64,000 bases of DNA from Blepharisma stoltei ATCC 30299 (GCA_965603825.1 CBFDEM010000032.1:124001-188000), one strand, 5' to 3'. Positions 1 to 10,960 are shown, numbered from the stretch's first letter. Notes: generated by a model from the letters alone, not told the origin. Numbers and translations are program-made.

Positions 1-292
1 TATAAGTAACCCTCATATTGGTATGTTTTATTGTCATATTGGATTTTTTTTACGACTTAGAAAGACAGAATTCTCATTTGATTCTCTTTCTTCACGTTTA
101 AGACCACAAATCAAATATTCTTGATTGAATCTCCTCACAAAAAATCATAATTTATCAGTCAATTTTTTTAACAACAATAACTCAACAGCAGTTAAATACT
201 AATAGTCGAAATTGCAAAGACAAGAAAGTTTCAACTTATATTCCTGCCGGGTTTAAAGATCTTTATCAATTTTCTATCAAAATATTATTTAT

Positions 293-514
293 TTATATAG
301 CACTACTAGAAATTTTCTTCTCAGCATCCATGTAGATTTGACTCAAAAAGTCTGAAGCTTCAGCAGCAATGTCATCTTCTTCTCTTTTCTTTTCTTCCAC
401 TTTCAGTTTCTGGCTCATAGTAGTTTCATTCGTTATGAGCTTCGGTTTTGATGATTCTTCTCTTGGAGGTTTCACTGCGTGAGCTGTGCTATTTCTTGCA
501 CATGCGCATCCCAT
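293..514 (-). CDS. Small hypothetical protein (73 aa) with N-terminal MGCAC acylation-type motif
   Basis: ATG in an A-rich context (ATATAAATG), TAA stop, MGCxC start typical of myristoylation/palmitoylation, charged C-terminal half. Confidence 0.65.
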   Translation of the reverse strand: MGCACARNSTAHAVKPPREESSKPKLITNETTMSQKLKVEEKKREEDDIAAEASDFLSQIYMDAEKKISSSAI

Positions 515-552
515 TTATATTTTTATGAATTCGACAGTAATTCATATTTAAT

Positions 553-1422
553 TTAAGGCTTATTTTCTTCTTCGCTTAATATTTCTTGTAGCTCCTGCTT
601 TCTTTTTTTCACTTTTTCTTTTTTTCTCAATTTTCTTTTGTTCCAAGTTACTACTTTTTCTGAGTTTAGTTTTTTTGGTTCTCCTTTAAGTTTTATCTCT
701 CCAGGAGGTTCTCCTACTTCAAATTCTTTCATTACAAATTTCCTCATAGCACTTGGGTCAGTGAACATTATTAATTCTTCTTGTTGAGGACTCGGATTTG
801 TAAATTCTGCTTGTGAGATGCTGCTCCTGCGGTTACCATATATAAAATACTTCAAATAGCCGATAAATGAGCTTGAATGGCGTGCCAAATGTCGAGAATA
901 TCTTTCAATTTCTATTTGAAAATCAGGGTGGTAAATAGCTGCCAATGATGGCAAGTAATTAAAAGAAATTTCGACTACGTTACTGATCATGGTTTCTATT
1001 TCTTCTTCAGAGAGTTTAGAAGATATATCAATATCATAGTCGAAAAACAAGGACTGGAGCTTCTCTTTTGGCTTGCTTTTACTAAGAATAATACCCATGG
1101 ACACGAGTTTCTTGGTAGAATATTGGACTTCTCTATCTTCTTGTAAAGTTCGTTTTCTTTGAAGCAGTCGATAGTATTGAGACTCCACTGGGATCTCTTT
1201 GAATTTGTTATAAAATTGGGCTTTTTCTTCTGATAGTGAGATTCCAAGTTCAGCGAATGCTTGCTCGAGCTGATGCTGTTGTAAATGGAATTCAGGCGAA
1301 TATCGATGAAATGTCTTTACTAGTTGGTCACTGGAAAATCTAGAGAAACCGAGCTTATCTTGAGCATCAATTACAAAACTTTCTTCAAGTTCCCATTTTG
1401 CTTTATCACGAATGCATCCCAT
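553..1422 (-). CDS. EF-hand protein, calcineurin-B/neuronal calcium sensor-like, N-terminal MGC
   Basis: 289-aa ORF; KEKLQSLFFDYDIDISSKLSEEEIETMI is an EF-hand-like helix-loop-helix; MGC start; Lys-rich tail. Confidence 0.75.
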   Translation of the reverse strand: MGCIRDKAKWELEESFVIDAQDKLGFSRFSSDQLVKTFHRYSPEFHLQQHQLEQAFAELGISLSEEKAQFYNKFKEIPVESQYYRLLQRKRTLQEDREVQYSTKKLVSMGIILSKSKPKEKLQSLFFDYDIDISSKLSEEEIETMISNVVEISFNYLPSLAAIYHPDFQIEIERYSRHLARHSSSFIGYLKYFIYGNRRSSISQAEFTNPSPQQEELIMFTDPSAMRKFVMKEFEVGEPPGEIKLKGEPKKLNSEKVVTWNKRKLRKKEKVKKRKQELQEILSEEENKP

Positions 1423-1618
1423 TATAAAATAGCGTTATTATGGCATGATCTTTGGCATCAGTATGGCTTGCTTCTTTTTTTATGTAAATTCTAGCAAATA
1501 TTAAGCTGATTAATTTATCACAAACTCTAAAGAAATTTATACTCTAAGGGAACTGCTATTTGAATCATGAGATATAATTAAATTTTATTTTTAAGAAATA
1601 ACTATTTATATGTGTATT

Positions 1619-2695
1619 TTAAATTTTCCCAGTTTCTTCTATATCAAACTGATTAAGAGCTTCTGGGTTTACAGTCTCCATAATGTCCACAATTTGTTCA
1701 GCCACTGCTGAAAAATGAGCTGTTTCTTTATTCCTTGACAATCTATCCAATTCATTTCTATATCTAGTGTTTCCTCTCTCAAGGTAAAACAAATTCATCA
1801 ATGGCTTAGCCAGAACCATTTTATTTCACTCAGATCCAGACTCTTCTAAATATCTATCACAATACTCTGCATACTGCAAAATAATTTCTCTTCTATTTAA
1901 TCCTTGATCAGGGACTCCATAATACATGCTATCCATATTTCTAAAAAGCCATGGATAATTATAAGCAACCCTCCCAATCATAACTCCTAGTCCTCTCTCT
2001 ACTTGCTGCCTTATAGACTCATGTCTTCCAATTCCTTGTTTCTCTGTAGCGATTTCTCCATTTATGTGAAACTTGAAATCAGGAAATCTTTCTTGGAGTC
2101 GATAGACAAATTCATAATTAATTTTCGGGATAGTTCGGTTTTGTGTAGGGGTTAGACCAGAAAGGATAGCTTTTCTTGCATGGACAACAAATTCGTTAAC
2201 TCCACTAGAAGAAACTATTGATATAAAATTTTCGAGGTTCTCATAAGAATCGTGGTCATCTACACCAAGTCTGCATTTTACAGTCACTGGGATTTGGACT
2301 CTTCTTTTCATCTCAGCACAGCAGTCTCGGACAAGTTCTGGCTCTAGCATTAGGCAAGCACCGAATTTTCCATCTTGAACTCGATTACTGGGACACCCAC
2401 AATTAAGATTTATTTGGTCAAAACCTTTTAATTCACACAAGCTTGCAGCTGCGCCCAATAGCGTTGGATCATTACCTCCTAATTGCACAACGACTGGGTG
2501 CTCTTTTGGATCGTTTCATAGACATCGATCTAAATGAGGTGTATTAAGAATTTCGCTTGTTGTGATCATTTCTGTTCAAAGAGTAGTTTTTCGTGTTAAT
2601 AATCTCATGAAATTGCGGAATAAGACATTTGTTATGTCAATCATTGGAGCCACAGATATGACCGGCTCCATTGTTATATTGTCAGGACTTGTCAT
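1619..2695 (-). CDS. dusA: tRNA-dihydrouridine synthase, DusA type (358 aa; TGA=Trp at 2576, 2516, 1826)
   Basis: SVAPMIDIT, TLWTEM, VVVQLGGNDP, INLNCGCPS, GACLM, PVTVKCRLG, HARKAILSGLTPTQNRTIP, GVMIGR; all track pieces are in one frame when TGA=W (1077 nt). Confidence 0.92.
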
Positions 2696-2721
2696 TAATA
2701 ACTTTACAATTATTAGTTAGA

Positions 2722-3723
2722 TTACAGTAAAAATATAAGAAAGATCTGAAATATAGCAATTAATTGAATTGAGCTGCTTGACACTTTTGGAAGTTTTTGC
2801 ACCATATCATAAATTACTTTCATCTGGATCCCATCTTTTGCAAGATAGTTAGCTCCAGTATATCCTCACCAGTCTCAGCACGCATTTAAGTTATTTTTAC
2901 TTTGCGAGACTTGTGGGAAAATCACAACAATATTATTACCTTCTGCTCATTCTAGATACCCTGTTTTTAATAAGGAGTCCCCATTGGTAGCTTCATAGTT
3001 TTGATTACAGCCATGCAGCATTACATGAATTTTGCATTCATTATTCATGCAGTAGTCTGTTATATAAATATAGCCTATTTCAGCCAAACTTGATATATCT
3101 TTTCCTTCTTGATTAAAAAACAAAGTTTGGTCAAATTTATAAAGGTTTTTAAAATTCATGGGAAGCTTTGGTTTTAAGTGGCCATAAATATGTCTTAAAA
3201 TTTGCCCAGCAGAATCCATTCCACAAGAAATTATATAAGGAAATCCTGAATAGGCGCATGGGATTTCAGTATCAATTACAGGTATTCCATGGCCTGCATG
3301 AACGTAAAATACTGATTTAATATTTTTGGGATCAACGAAATACTCATAGTAAGTCAATAAATTTTCCATTGCTTTATGATAAACATCAATATCAAGCTGG
3401 CCAGAAAATAATCATATTTTGTGATTTGCAGCAAATTTCAAGTTATCGATATAGCCAAGTTCCTGATAGGATTTTGTGAGGCTATAATAAGTAGAAGGAA
3501 TGGTTATTCATGGCTTTTGAGAGCATTCATGGACTTTGCTGGATGACCCTATTGAGCAGCCATATATACCACCTCCTATAATCCCTACGCCAATGATATC
3601 TTTAGAATAAGCTAATTGCAGTTGAACTGCTGCTCATGCACCAGAATCAAAGCCTGATATGCTGAATTTTCTAGCAAATATGGTAATAAATTCTGATAGA
3701 ATCAGCAAGAACAAAGCCTTCAT
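2722..3723 (-). CDS. Poly(3-hydroxybutyrate) depolymerase-like alpha/beta hydrolase, signal peptide and GPI-like tail (333 aa)
   Basis: SISGFDSGAWAAVQLQLAYS..GVGIIGGGIYGC, WLFSGQLD, AGHGIP, KIHVMLHGCNQ, GYLEWAEGNNIVVIFPQ, NACWDWWGY; hydrophobic N-terminus; SSS plus hydrophobic C-terminus; 1002 nt in one frame with TGA=W. Confidence 0.85.
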
Positions 3724-3964
3724 TTTAAGTCAAATGAATTTCTTATTACTAATTTTATAATATTTTATTATACTTGGCTATTATACTTATGATTTAAGAT
3801 ACAATAATCAAGTAATCTAATAATATAATATAATCCAGCATTCTTCTTACTATACAATTAACTCTGTCTTGCATTGAAATAAGGAAGCTTAATTTCACAA
3901 AATTTTCTTTTTGCTTTGCTATTAGCTTAGCATATACTTGCGATTTAATTCCGAGCAAAAATAT

Positions 3965-3969
3965 AAAAA
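3965..3969 (-). terminator. RNA polymerase III oligo-T terminator of tRNA-Gly
   Basis: TTTTT immediately 3' of the tRNA discriminator base on the minus strand. Confidence 0.7.
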
Positions 3970-4041
3970 TGCATCATCCGGGACTCGAACCCGGGTCGAC
4001 TGCTTGGAAGGCAACCATCCTAACCTCTAGACTAATGATGC
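3970..4041 (-). tRNA. tRNA-Gly (anticodon TCC)
   Basis: GCATCATTAGTCTAGAGGTTAGGATGGTTGCCTTCCAAGCAGTCGACCCGGGTTCGAGTCCCGGATGATGCA: 7-bp acceptor stem GCATCAT/ATGATGC, anticodon loop CTTCCAA, T-loop GGTTCGAGTCC, no encoded CCA. Confidence 0.95.
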
Positions 4042-4210
4042 AACATATCTATTCAATTTACAATAAATTTAAATAGTAAAACTACTCCATGCTAAGAATA
4101 TTTAATGCATTTTACAAAAATTCATCATGAGCATTTTATTTATCTCAAATTCCATATACTCTAATCATATGAAACCATAAAAATGGCTTAATAATCATCA
4201 TACCCAGTCA

Positions 4211-5017
4211 ATGCAAAAATCTTTATGCACAGTTACGCATAGGCTGAAATCAACTTTAAAAAAATGCTTCACCAGTTTAGATCTCACAAAAGATGAAATT
4301 AAAGGTAAAAGCAGCCAAGGAGAAAAGTATAAATCAATAAATGAGTTGTGGCAAAATCAAGTTGGAATTTCAAGAACTAATTGATATGAAAAAGGGAAGA
4401 ATTATTGAGAAGCTCAAGAGTCTACCTTAGATGGAGTCCTGGGAGGATTTTCTGAAATCCATCAAGCTGATATAAGCGCCTCAAACAAATTTATCAAATC
4501 TCTAAAATCTAAAAACTATATCATTGGAAGTCGCGCTTTAGACTGTGGGTCAGGAATCGGAAGAATTACAAAAAATTTGCTCTTAAACCATTTTGCTCAT
4601 GTAGACTTAGTTGATCAAAGTGAAAAATTTATAGAAGACGCAAAACACTATATAAATGATAATAAAGTGGAAAATTATTTTGTGAAAGGACTTCAGGACT
4701 TTTCCCCTCAAAAAGAGCTATACGATTGCATATGAATTCAATGGATTCTTGCTTATATAATTGATGAGGATTTAGTAGCAGCTTTAAAAAGAATAAAAGC
4801 AGGGTTAGTACCAAATGGAGTTTTATGTATCAAAGAAAATGTTTTGGATGAAGGCTTTATATATCATAATGAAGATTTCAGTGTCACAAGATCTGATAAA
4901 CTATTTAAAATTATCATTAAAAAGGCAGGTCTAAAAATCATACATGAAGAGACACAAAAAGATTTCCCATCAGAATATTTCAAAGTAAAAATGTATGGAT
5001 GCATCCCCAAAGTATAA
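4211..5017 (+). CDS. NTMT1: Alpha N-terminal protein methyltransferase (NTMT1/Tae1 family), 268 aa; absent from the ORF track
   Basis: With TGA=W: NWYEKGKNYWEAQESTLDGVLGGF, ALDCGSGIGRITKNLL, YDCIWIQWILAY, LCIKENV, DFSVTRS, FKVKMY; 807 nt, ATG to TAA. Confidence 0.9.
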
Positions 5018-5099
5018 TTCTAGTATTAATTCAAGCATATGAAGTTTTAAGCAATATTTCTAATATTTTATATCTAAACCCTATGAAATTTATAATTGA

Positions 5100-5858
5100 T
5101 TAAGGAGCTGGCGCTATCACAAAAGTATTTTCAGGCCTAAACAGTTCATTAGCATCTTGTATTCCTCTCTGCTGAATCCCTTTTTCTTTGTCTCCCCACA
5201 TCTGTCCTATCATTTGGTCAAGCCTCATTTTCTCATAAATTCCTTCAGCCTTTTCTCCTGGAGGAATTATGAATAAAGTTTCTCCCTCTATAGAAGCGAT
5301 TCCAATTCTCTCTTTTCTCTGAAAATAATGAATATGCTCCATAAATATAGGCTTATCATCTTCTTTGGCTGCTTCTAATGTAATCAGTAATTTTGGAGGA
5401 GAATTAGGCATATCAGATACCCTCGCTCTATGGCTTATATCAATTGTGTACTGTCTTTTAAAGAATCCATAAGCATTTCCCTTCACAATTTTGGCATTAA
5501 CTGAAACCCTAAAACTATTGCAGCGAGTCAAGAAGCCTGGCCAAATTATTTCTGCTGGATGAGCCAATTCGAATTTTGAATCTTTACTTAAAGAAACATC
5601 CCAGCCTCTTGTGTTTAGATCTTCAACAGCTTTTTGAGCTTCTGTAAGAGTCTCCATTTCGACAAAAGCGTAGCAGTTGTGCTTGAGGGGAAAACCCTTG
5701 GGACCATTTCGTATTATTCGCACATTACCAACATGACCGTAATTGGAAAAAAGTGTGATGAGCTGGCCTCTGGGGAATTCGACTGGCAAATTTGAGACGT
5801 GAAGCTTTATTTTTTGGTCAGGAGATCTTGATCGCTTGTGTTGATGCCGACTGTACAT
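5100..5858 (-). CDS. RRM + SPOC domain protein (minimal Spen/RBM15/FPA-like)
   Basis: RNP2 LHVSNL and RNP1 CYAFVEM; C-terminal WPGFL..IDISHR..FMEHIHYFQRKERIGIA..LFIIPP matches the SPOC pattern. Confidence 0.8.
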   Translation of the reverse strand: MYSRHQHKRSRSPDQKIKLHVSNLPVEFPRGQLITLFSNYGHVGNVRIIRNGPKGFPLKHNCYAFVEMETLTEAQKAVEDLNTRGWDVSLSKDSKFELAHPAEIIWPGFLTRCNSFRVSVNAKIVKGNAYGFFKRQYTIDISHRARVSDMPNSPPKLLITLEAAKEDDKPIFMEHIHYFQRKERIGIASIEGETLFIIPPGEKAEGIYEKMRLDQMIGQMWGDKEKGIQQRGIQDANELFRPENTFVIAPAP

Positions 5859-6165
5859 TACTAATTATTAATCACAAGTTCAAATAGAATTATTATAAGA
5901 ATACTTTTAAATCAAAAATTTTTTGAAATTGGAAAATGAGAAGGGTAAAATTTAGGCCTGATATTTGTTGGAATATATAGTTTATCAGATTATTTGGGGA
6001 TTATTTTTAAAATAAAGCCATTTATAATTGGCGTAATTTTATATTTATTCTGATATTTTAGGATATTTGAAAATTATTTTTATAGCCTTGAGTTCGAGAT
6101 TAAAAAATTATATTATTATACAAAAAATATCATTATTTATGATGCATATGTCTGAAAGGCATATT

Positions 6166-7563
6166 TTACGCCAATATTTTAAGATTCTTAGAATACACTT
6201 TCGAAATATGTTGAAAAGCTTCATATTTGTTTTTAATATGCTCTTCAATCAAACTAAAATCCCTCTCTCTTGCCTCCACCTCCATTAAGTCATTTATTCT
6301 CTTCCTAGCATTTATTTTCTCAAGCCCTTTGATATGGTTTTCGATAATTTTTTTGCTTCTCATTTCTTCAATCTTTTCCTGCTTTTTTCTATTTTCTGCA
6401 GCATCTTCCATTAAAAGCCGATTCTTTTCTTTATAAATCTCATTATGGATTGCTTGTTTTTCATTTCTTTTCTCAATCTTCTCTTTAATTTTTTTCTCTT
6501 TTTCTATAGCTGCTTTTTCAATAAGGATTTGCTCTTCTTTCAGTTTTTCTATATGGTGAAGGCTTTTTACTTTTTTTTCGTCGTTTTTTGAAGATCGATA
6601 TTCTTTTATTTTTTCAAAATAGTGCTCATCTCTTGTAGATTTAATTCTTGGTTTTTGAAACTCATAGATGATTTTCTTTTGATTCTCTGCATCATTTCGA
6701 TTTCTCAGCTCTGAAATGCTCCTTTTAGGCTTGCTTTGGATTTTTTCTTTATAGTAAGATTGGCATCGTTCTCTTGCTTTTATCATTTTTGCTTCGAAGG
6801 CTCTCAATTTTTCTTCGATTTCTTTTTCAATTAAATCTTCTCTGTAAGATATCAAATTTGTTTTCGGTGTTCGTTTTAAGCTTCTATCAGCTATTGGTGT
6901 TGGTGTTTTGCTTTCAAATGAAAAATTGTCTATTATAGCATCCGCAGATCGATCTCTTTTATTTGAATTTTCAAGTCTTTTGTGTTTTTTCTTCTTCTTT
7001 TTAGCCTCTTCGATCTGTGTAAGTATATGATCTTTTGATCTTTTATCTTTCCTTTTTAATTTTTCTAATATATCAATTTGATTGTGTAAAATAAGCTTAA
7101 TCGCTTTATTTGCAGCATCTTTTCTTCTTTTATTATTTTGGTTAATTCATTCTAATTTTTGTTCATTAGTTTCCCCTAGATAAGATCGTTGAGTGGGATT
7201 TTTTTCTGTTATAAATGAAAAATCATTAGAATGCTCGATTTCAGATAAGCTAAAAGTGCTAATATTGACTGTATGGGAAATAAAACTGGAACTTCTTGAT
7301 TTTTTTCTATGTAGAAATTCGTATATTTTTTTTAGTTTAGCAAGACGTTTTCTATTGTAATGTTCAAGCCTTAATTCAGCGAGTTCTTTTATCTTCTGAT
7401 CGTTTTGAAAATAACTTAAAGGTTTTTCTTCTAAATCGTTTATATTTATATCTAAATGTTTAAGGATTTCGTTAGGATCAATTTCTTGATTCTCTGTGTT
7501 GAATATTTTTTCATATAGTAGATTGGCTTCATTGGGTTCTGACTGTTTAGAATTTTCCATCAT
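6166..7563 (-). CDS. Coiled-coil protein (465 aa; TGA=W at 7147), weak CCDC177-like N-terminus
   Basis: Track ORFs 7147-7563 and 6166-6855 join in frame through one TGA with no TAA/TAG between; K/E-rich helical sequence. Confidence 0.75.
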
Positions 7564-7812
7564 TTAATTATGCATTTCAAAAAATCCTAAAATTAATCAC
7601 CATATCATGAAATTTTATAAGGTTAATAAGTTCTCCATATGAATAATATTTTTATCCTCACAACTTCTTTATTAAATACATAGAAAAATAAATTTAATAA
7701 AAGGTAAGTTTTTATATTAAAATAAAGGTTAAGGATATATAATTTTTTAATGAAAATAATGCCAGTTTTTAAAAGGAAGTTATTCTAATTAACTTAGCCT
7801 AGCAATAAATAA

Positions 7813-8676
7813 TTAAAGTGAGCGAGAATGGCTAGATAAAGTTCTAACTAATTCTAATCTGAGTGCTGTAGACAAGTCTAGATATGAAAACTCTATATGT
7901 GAGCTTTCAATCACTTCTCTAACTTCATTAATAGCCTCTTCAGACGGGAACTTCCCAGGCTGAAAAGAGTTCAAAGCGCGAATAATCACAGACTCTACCC
8001 CAGGGTTTTTTATCTCAAAATGTTCATCAGTGAACGGAATTCTAAAAATAATCATATTTTTTTTCTCATAAAATTCCCACTCAATATCTCTATACAGATT
8101 GTACATCATCAGCAGCACGCACATTCTCTTATTTACTGTCCCATACAACGTTTCATGATTTTCTCGCTCACGAATCCTGCATAAACACGTAATTAATAGC
8201 CTAATCGACATTGGATAAAAAAACGCACCTGTTTGTAATTTCTCACATTCTGGTACGAGCGCTATCAAAACTGCATTAGGGTTGCCACGTTTAATAGCTT
8301 CCACTGTAGATTTCACGCCATTAGGTGGGTGGTTTTTGTCTAGAAACGCAAAATGCAAGCTAGATTGTGGGGCCACAACTCTTTCAATTTCACTGTATCA
8401 TATTTCATTAGTTCTTTTGCCTGTTTTTTGAAAGACAACTTCTTTGTCTTCAGAATTTCCGTGCTGTTTTATATATTCTTCCATCATTTGGCCTCGAATT
8501 GTGTCACAGCAAATCATCTCAAATGTGGCACCAATTTCTGAAGCGACAGAGCGGAATGTAGATACAAAGACTGATTTTCCTAAGGCTGGGACTCCTACAG
8601 GGATAAAAACATAAGTTCCATCTGGAATCCTAAGATTTTGTGTGGAATCAAGTTCTTCATTGGAATGCAACTCCAT
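7813..8676 (-). CDS. Stand-alone polynucleotide-kinase-like domain of Trl1/plant RNL tRNA ligases (287 aa; TGA=W at 8398)
   Basis: P-loop VFIPVGVPALGKS, ICCD, FLDKNHPPN, YPMSIRLLITCLCRIRERENHETL resemble the tRNA-ligase kinase module motifs; the two track ORFs join in frame. Confidence 0.7.
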
Positions 8677-8724
8677 TTTTGTGGTTTTTTAAGTCTATTT
8701 TAAAGACGATAATTAAATTATAAA

Positions 8725-10926
8725 TTACTCTTCAACGTAATGATAAATACTGAATTGAGCCTCATCTCTTCTTATAAGTCCTCTGAATATCAAATCTTCA
8801 ATGCTATCTTTAATGGCTTCTGGCTGGGGCGTGAAATCGAGAGTTTGTCCCATTATATTTGCTAATAAATCATGATGATTGACTAGTCTTTTTGATTTCA
8901 CAAATTTCACGATATGAGCTTCAAGTATATACTTTCTTTCTTTCATAAGATTATCATCAACTACTGCCGAAGGTTTAGGAGCTTTTTTCTTAGGCTCAAT
9001 AATAAAATTCAGTCTTTTTTGCTTGCTCTCAAACTGTAAATTAAACCTAATTTTTTCATTCTCGCCTATTTTTTTACCTTGGCTTTCTTTTAATAGTAAA
9101 TTATGTTTTGGATTAAAAAAACTTAGTAAATGCATTTTTATATACGGCACTGGCAGCTCTGTAAATAATTTGATTTCACTAAGTTTAGTTTCTTCACTAT
9201 TAATATTCCAGAGGATGATATACTGAATAGGGCTCATAATCAATGTATACTGCTGATTTAGATAAAGAGTTTTAACTTCCACACTCCCAAGATGATATAG
9301 CCAATTTAATTTCCTTCCAGTATGTATATTTATATAAAATTTTGTAAAATCTTCAATATGTGTAAATATATCTCTAGGCACTTTTGGCTTGATTTCTTCC
9401 TGTTCAGGCCACCCTCCTGATTTCAAAATTTTAACATTAAACTCGAAATTTGAAACCGTCGTTTTGGACTCGTTATACTTTTTAAGCAAATCTTTTGATA
9501 TATCAATATCATGGATCATAACATTTAATTTATCAGTTAGAGCTGTTCCACATTTTGCTTTGAATTTCGAAATAATTGAAAGCTCTGCATCTAAGGATGC
9601 TCCAGTATCATTGATTAATCTTGATGCTAAAAGTTTGGCGTAATTTGCAAAGAATAAATCTCTTTCAGAAATGTTGCTAACAAGGTCAGTTAATTTTTCA
9701 AGCTCTAAGTCTAAATCTTCTTCTGAGAGTCCTGAGATTTCTCCTTTTAGTAGTTCGTCAGAAAATAAAGCAGTATAAAGCGCTAAATCAGCTCGGCTAT
9801 TAATCACTTTTTTAACTGTTGATTCTTTTAGTGCTTTGAAATCAGAATTATTGCCGAAGCACTTTTTAACAATTTTGTCAGCATGTCCAATAAAACTAAG
9901 AAAAGCTTTTATGCAGTCTTTTGGCTCAAGACTTTTTCCTTGATCAATAATGTATAAACTTTCCAGCTCTAGATAAACCTCCAATTGCAATAAAAATAAG
10001 CTTTTCATATTCTCATCACCTTCAAAGTTTGAATAAAGGTTTTTCAGTGATGGAATATTGGAGTCTTGGAAAAAATTATTGAAATTAACTTTGTATAGGT
10101 GATATTCGTCTTTGAAAGATGTGATAATTTGAAGCTTTAGGTTTTTATTAAGTGGCTGTAATGTAGCTTCATGAAGCAAGTTTGCTACTAACTGCTCTTC
10201 AGATTCAAATAATTTTATGGCAGATGTAAAATAACCTTCAGTTCCTATAAGTAGATTTAAATTTTTTGCAGCCACATAAAAATACTCAGTCGATCTTTCG
10301 AGTAATGGATCTTCTATAAATGTTTTATAAAAACTTCTTAATTCAGCTACCCCTTCCCATTTGATTTCGCCTAATTGATTTTTCTTAATCTGAGGGTTAT
10401 TGTACTCAATTTCAATAAAACTGTGGATGGCGGAAGATAGCTCCTTATCGCGAATTGTTGGGTTTTTTCTATAGTCTTCAATCATATTGATTAGCCGATT
10501 CCCTAATTTTGATGCGACTGGCTGAAAAGCTTCTTCTTTGAACAATGTAAAAGCAAGTTTTGATAATGAGTCCTTTTTATGCAACTCTATATAGCCTCTC
10601 TCCAGATAATGAAAAGCTAGCTTCATTCAGTAGACAAAATTCTTATAAGCTTCTCACTGATTCAAAAATAAACCAAAAATATCATCAGTAGGCCTAAGTA
10701 AATTAGGTAATATATTACTTCTAAGAAAAGAAGTAACAGTTTCTGAATAAAAATTATAATAACTGTGCCCTGTCGTGTAGTCATCATACGTGCTTCTCAT
10801 TAGCCAAACACCTTTCATAATGACTTCTGCAGAAACTTGAACATTTTCTCTTCTCGAAATTTTCTGCTTGATAGGTTCAATTATTTCTTTATTCAATACT
10901 TCTACTGTTTCTTCAACAGTTACCAT
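8725..10926 (-). CDS. Cullin family protein (733 aa, divergent)
   Basis: LFFANYAKLLASRLI, KAKCG..DKLNVMIHDI, GRKLNW, C-terminal LEAHIVKFVKSKR..IKDSIEDLIFRGLIRRD..IYHY; N-terminal piece joins via two TGA=W. Confidence 0.9.
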
Positions 10927-10960
10927 TATTTATATTTAGTACCATATTTATGAAATCTAA

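Noticed and set aside
1-201. Open frames on both strands at the window edge
   Set aside because: No recognisable motif or supported start/intron; strand cannot be decided.
1619-4041. Integrated island at dusA or tRNA-Gly, as in bacteria
   Set aside because: No integrase or att-like duplication; genes use the host code and composition.
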